From Callorhinchus milii (lineage: Eukaryota): a DNA stretch of 64,000 nucleotides. Positions 59,731-64,000 of this stretch are shown piece after piece; position 1 is the stretch's first letter, and each line of letters starts with the position of its first letter. The notes under the pieces are model-generated. The model ran no database searches and was not told the origin of the DNA. It saw nothing but the letters and a program-made list of their open reading frames with translations. The stretch spans positions 24,864,001-24,928,000 of the forward strand of contig NW_024704742.1 of NCBI RefSeq assembly GCF_018977255.1, written 5' to 3'. The position numbers and the translations under genes are program-made.

Positions 59731-59950
59731 AGCACAAAACGCAAAATACTGCAGATGCTGGAAATCTGAAACAAAAACAAGTCGCTGGGAACACTCAGCA
59801 GGTCAGGCAGCGTCTATGGAGAGAGGAAAGTGAGTCAACGTTTCGGGTCCACGACCCTTCGTCAAACCGGGTCGTGGACCCGAAACGTTGCCACACTTTC
59901 CTTTCTCTACAGATGCTTCCTGACCTGCTGAGTGTTCCCAGCGACTTCTG
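59731..59950. mobile_element. Palindromic Penelope-like insert with target-site duplication
   Basis: About 80-bp inverted arms (AGTCGCTGGGAACACTCAGCAGGTCAGG...CCTGACCTGCTGAGTGTTCCCAGCGACT); exact 15-bp direct repeat TTATTGTTAACTCAG at 59716-59730 and 59951-59965. The Penelope assignment is inference. Confidence 0.75.
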
Positions 59951-60843
59951 TTATTGTTAACTCAGTGTTGTGGGGGTCACTGAGGTGGGATTTGATGTGT
60001 GGAACCTATCAAGGGAGTGTGGAATTGAAATGTTACTGAATTCTTGCAACATAAGTTTCTTGTCTTCAATCTAGTGATTGCATTTCTTTATAATGTATTG
60101 ACCATATTATTTCCTGTGATTACTATTGCTGGAATTACTGGAACTAATACAGTCAAAATTAAGTGAATGGGCCGAAAATTGCAGTATTCCTAATTTAATA
60201 ATTGGAATGTGTTTTGAAATAACCCCTCGATTTCTGAACAGTTGTAATGTTAGAACTCAAACCAGTTAAAAAGTCACAGGTTTTGGATTTCAAATGCTGA
60301 AAATAGTTCTCTGAGTTTATTCAGGGAACGCTGGCCAGATTCAATATGAATTAGATAGAACGATACAGCATGGAAACAGGCCATTCGGTCCAATTATTCC
60401 AAGCTGAACTACTTGTGAATTAATTCAAAACGTGTTCCTTAACTACGAGTTAGTGAAGTGTCCCAGGAGTAAGTTTAGAGAATTTGGCTTCCACACACAG
60501 AAATGGTAGTCAACGAGTTTCTGAAATCTTCAGGCTTGACTGGGCTGAAGCTCTGATCTAGTTGGGCAGTATCAGTTAGACCCTATGCAGGCAGTACATT
60601 ATAATAGGAGAAAGAGAAGAAGCCTTTTAGTTAGAGGGTAATTTCGGAGGTGTAACGCTGAATGTGTTTTGCGTTCTGTCGACAAATAAATAGTTGATGC
60701 ACTTTACAGTGAGCATGTGGAGTTCTTTGAGACGTCCTCCCCGATGTGAAAGGTGCTGGATCGAATTCAATGGTTATTCTTATTTTGTGCAATTTGACCG
60801 ATGTGGGTGTTAATGAGATTTTACTTACACTTGTTTCTCTCAG

Positions 60844-60944
60844 TTCCACAGTTGGTGTTTGATGGGAACCTGGATTTCCTGGTCTTTGATTACCTGTCTG
60901 AGATCACCATGTCGCTGCTCACTGCAGCAAAAGCCAAATCACCT
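60844..60944 (+). CDS. AtuA/DUF1446 family gene, exon 2
   Basis: Pyrimidine tract plus cag; [34 protein letters not shown] (LDxLVFDYLxExTMS motif); gtgagt donor; phase 1-0. Confidence 0.92.
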
Positions 60945-62307
60945 GTGAGTGTTTACCTTCACTATTAAAAGGTTTGGCGTTTTTTCAGTGATATTTCCAG
61001 CACAGTCGACATAAACTACTTCCATTTATATAGCCCCTTTGATGAGAGGGAGGTTTGGAATACAGTGCAATATAGTGTACAGTGTATGTGAATATATATA
61101 ATAATCTTGCAATTGGTTTAGCGCTTTATCATGTCAAACTGTCTCAAAGCACTTCACAGGATATACTGTAAAATAATGATTTCCAAATTTTCTGGGCTCA
61201 AGGCCCCCCAGGACATTAGGTATCCTGACTAAGGCCCCTCCCCCCCCACTCGGGCTACTAGTGTTTCCGGTGGGGGGTTTGACCAAGGCCTCCCTCCCTC
61301 ACAGTCTCCACAAAATGCTGCCCTGATACCTTCCACTGAAACCTTGGGAATGCACCTTTCACATCCACTCGTTGGGCTGCATAGCCTTTGCACACTATTC
61401 ATTGTTGGAGGAGGGTTGCCTACAAAATGCACAGTCACTATATTTGATAGTAAATCCTGTTGAGGTGCTTCGAAGTGACTTGATTTGAAAGGTGCTTTAT
61501 CATATGTAAGGATTATTATTAAATGTAAGTGACCAGCTGGCTTCACACATGGCGGGAAACTAGGCATGACATCAGCATCAACCTCATAAACCAGAAGCCA
61601 GACCAACAGCCTTTTTTTTCAGATACTTTACATCTCTGTGTCTAAAAATGTTATTGATTCAAAAAAAAACCCTGTTGTAACCACTTCACCCTGTAGTACT
61701 CCTTGTTGCATGTGTTCATAGCACTGCTTGCTATAATAATAAAAAATAATAATCCTTGTATTTTATGTAGCGCCTTATTCAAGACATCTCAAAACGCTTT
61801 GCAGGATATACTGTAAAGTGAGTTGACTGTATATTTTGTTACATACACAGTATATTATAAGGGCACGAAATCTCTCTCTTCATACAATGCTCAATGAGTC
61901 GCACCTCCACACATGCACACACCGTTTCCCATGGTTGGGAAGATGTGCATGTGATCTGCTCCCAGAACAGTAGCAGTATAGCAATACCATTCCTCAGGAG
62001 GTCAGAGAAACAGTGCTGCATCCCTACTAAAGAACTGGAACAGTATCCCCTCCTGCATCTGTCCTGACAGTAGCAACTCTTCCAGCTGTAAGCACCACAA
62101 ATGCCTATAATTCTCCACATAGCTCACGCAACCAAAGACCTTTTCATCTATGAGTCTGACATAGATCGTGTGGGACCTTGTGCTCATTGTAGAGCATCAT
62201 CATGCAGGGACTTTTTGAGGAAAATTGAACCTTTTTTAAAAAAAAACTTCTTCTGATCCATTGCAAATAGTAGAGAAGAAACTTACAATATTTTCTCTTT
62301 GTTTCAG

Positions 62308-62377
62308 GATCATGGCTATGCACCTGATTTTGTGCAGGTTGCGATGGCCCCGTTTATCAAAGATATTCACAAAAGAG
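62308..62377 (+). CDS. AtuA/DUF1446 family gene, exon 3; the gene continues beyond the window
   Basis: tttcag acceptor; [23 protein letters not shown] (GYAxDF motif); gtaatg donor. Confidence 0.9.
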
Positions 62378-63139
62378 GTAATGGAGTAATTGACGTATTG
62401 CGTTATATCAAATTGGTAACTAGCAACCCACTTCACCAAATTCTTCATGATCTTAGATTTCAAACTATTGTTTTAAATTTTAACATGTTCTCAGTTTTGG
62501 GAAAATTCTTTAATTGTGGCTTAATTTGTAAGCCGCTTCTTTTTAAGCAGAAAAATCTCTCGCCAATGCCCTGCTTCCTTGATCCCTAAAATAAAAATAA
62601 TAATTCACTGGGCTTGAGAATAAAAGCAAATGTTTGGGTATTGGAAGCTTTCAAAATGCAACTTTATACCATTTAACATTTGTAAAAGGTTTGGTTTTCT
62701 TTTAAAATGTTCTAATACAGAATATAATTGAATAAAACTGGACAGAAGTGGGAAGCATTTTTTCCTTCACGTTGGCAACTTTAATTTTGGGTTGGAGGAA
62801 TATCAAGCCTTGGGACGTCCTTCTGTTATGAAAGGCACTATAAAATTGTAATTTTAATTTCTTCTCCTAGCTTTATCCTTTTGTCCAATAATGATTCATT
62901 TGCCTCTCTATCCAACACTGGAAATGATCTTCTTTGCTTATAGAGCAGTGTTCACAACTTTCAATGAAGTGGTGCCAGGAATCACAAGATTGGTTTAGCT
63001 GAAGTTCAGTTATCTGATCTCATCCCCCCAGAATACCCATGCTATTGTCCTCCCATCACAGCAATAAGGTGCTTTTTAAATTGGTCCAGTGTCCTCGTCT
63101 TAACCATCCTTGCTGATAACCTATTCCAGTTAATTACAT

Positions 63140-63635
63140 AACATAACATGTAGGAGCAGGAGTAGGCCATTCGGCCCTTCGAGCCTGCCCCGCCATTCAA
63201 TCATGGCTGATCTTCTAATCTAACTCCAGCTAATAACCTAACCCTGCCTTATCCCCATATCCCTTAATCCCATTTGCAATAAGAAATCTATCTATCTCAG
63301 TCTTTAATATGTTCAAGGACTGAGCGTCAACAGTCCTTTGGGGTAGTGAGTTCCATACATTCATCACCCAGAATGTATGTATGTATTACTCATTATCCTC
63401 TGAGTAAAAAAAAGGCTTACTGCAATTCTAAACCTATGCCCCCTTGTTCTACTTCCTTGGTGCATTCAAAGTATTGATCTATTTACTTTTTCAGTTCGAT
63501 TTAAAATGTTATATACCTCTAGGAGGTGCCCTCTGAGTCATCTTCTTCCAAGACTGAATAGCTTGAGGTTGTCTAAACATTGCTCATAGCTCATTCCTCT
63601 AACACTGGAGATCATCCTCAGTGCTCTCCTCTATT
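63140..63635 (-). mobile_element. CR1 LINE 3' fragments
   Basis: CR1-type 3' UTR (GGAGCAGGAGTAGGCCATTCGGCCCTTCGAGCCTG, GGATATGGGG) and a YEQCLDNLKLFSLGRR-like remnant. Related pieces at about 2960-3130 (+), 20960-21210, 25330-25570 and 43280-43550 (-). Confidence 0.7.
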
Positions 63636-64000
63636 TAATCTACCAGCTCAATAATTACCACAACTCTACTTAAAGCTCTCGCACAGGACAAGCTCCTACA
63701 GCTGTGCAAGGCGTTTCACTACCTCATTAAAAAGGGCCCCATCTCACTGATCCGGTCTCAACTTCAAACAAACAATAAGAAATGGAGTGGGACTAAAGAG
63801 ATTGCTTTTATAGGGGGCATCATGGCCGAATGGCTACCTCATGTGCTGATAAATTCTACCATTCTTTTGTCCTTGGTGGAAATGATTTGCTCCCTCAACG
63901 TTGTAAAACAATATAAACCCAGCCCCAACAAAGCACAGGCACTATCCGATGCCTCAGCGAGTTTATTGAATGAGTAGCTGAGCTGCACAAACTGGGGAAG

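Overview
Eukaryotic (vertebrate) genomic DNA, most likely a cartilaginous fish; this is inferred from Deu-domain tRNA-SINEs, dense L2/CR1 LINEs and the fibrinogen sequences, and is not proven. The window holds the fibrinogen cluster in the conserved order and orientation. It contains the last two exons of FGB (+), a complete 6-exon FGA (-, 750 aa with the alphaE globular exon) and a complete 9-exon FGG (-, 433 aa). About 7.5 kb further on, divergently transcribed from a CpG island, are the first three exons of an AtuA/DUF1446-family gene with an Arg/Ala-rich, mitochondrial-presequence-like N-terminus. All exons were joined by hand with GT-AG borders and consistent phases. The rest is mostly transposons: L2 and CR1 LINEs, two SINE families, Tc1/pogo and hAT MITEs, palindromic Penelope-like inserts and a G-rich satellite. 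Most notable points: the gamma chain ends in RGDN with no cross-link lysine; the alpha chain has no RGD and no alphaC cysteines; the short alpha isoform would take its C-terminus from a SINE; and a bacterial-type terpene-utilisation gene sits beside the cluster. Most short ORFs in the supplied track are repeat-derived or chance.
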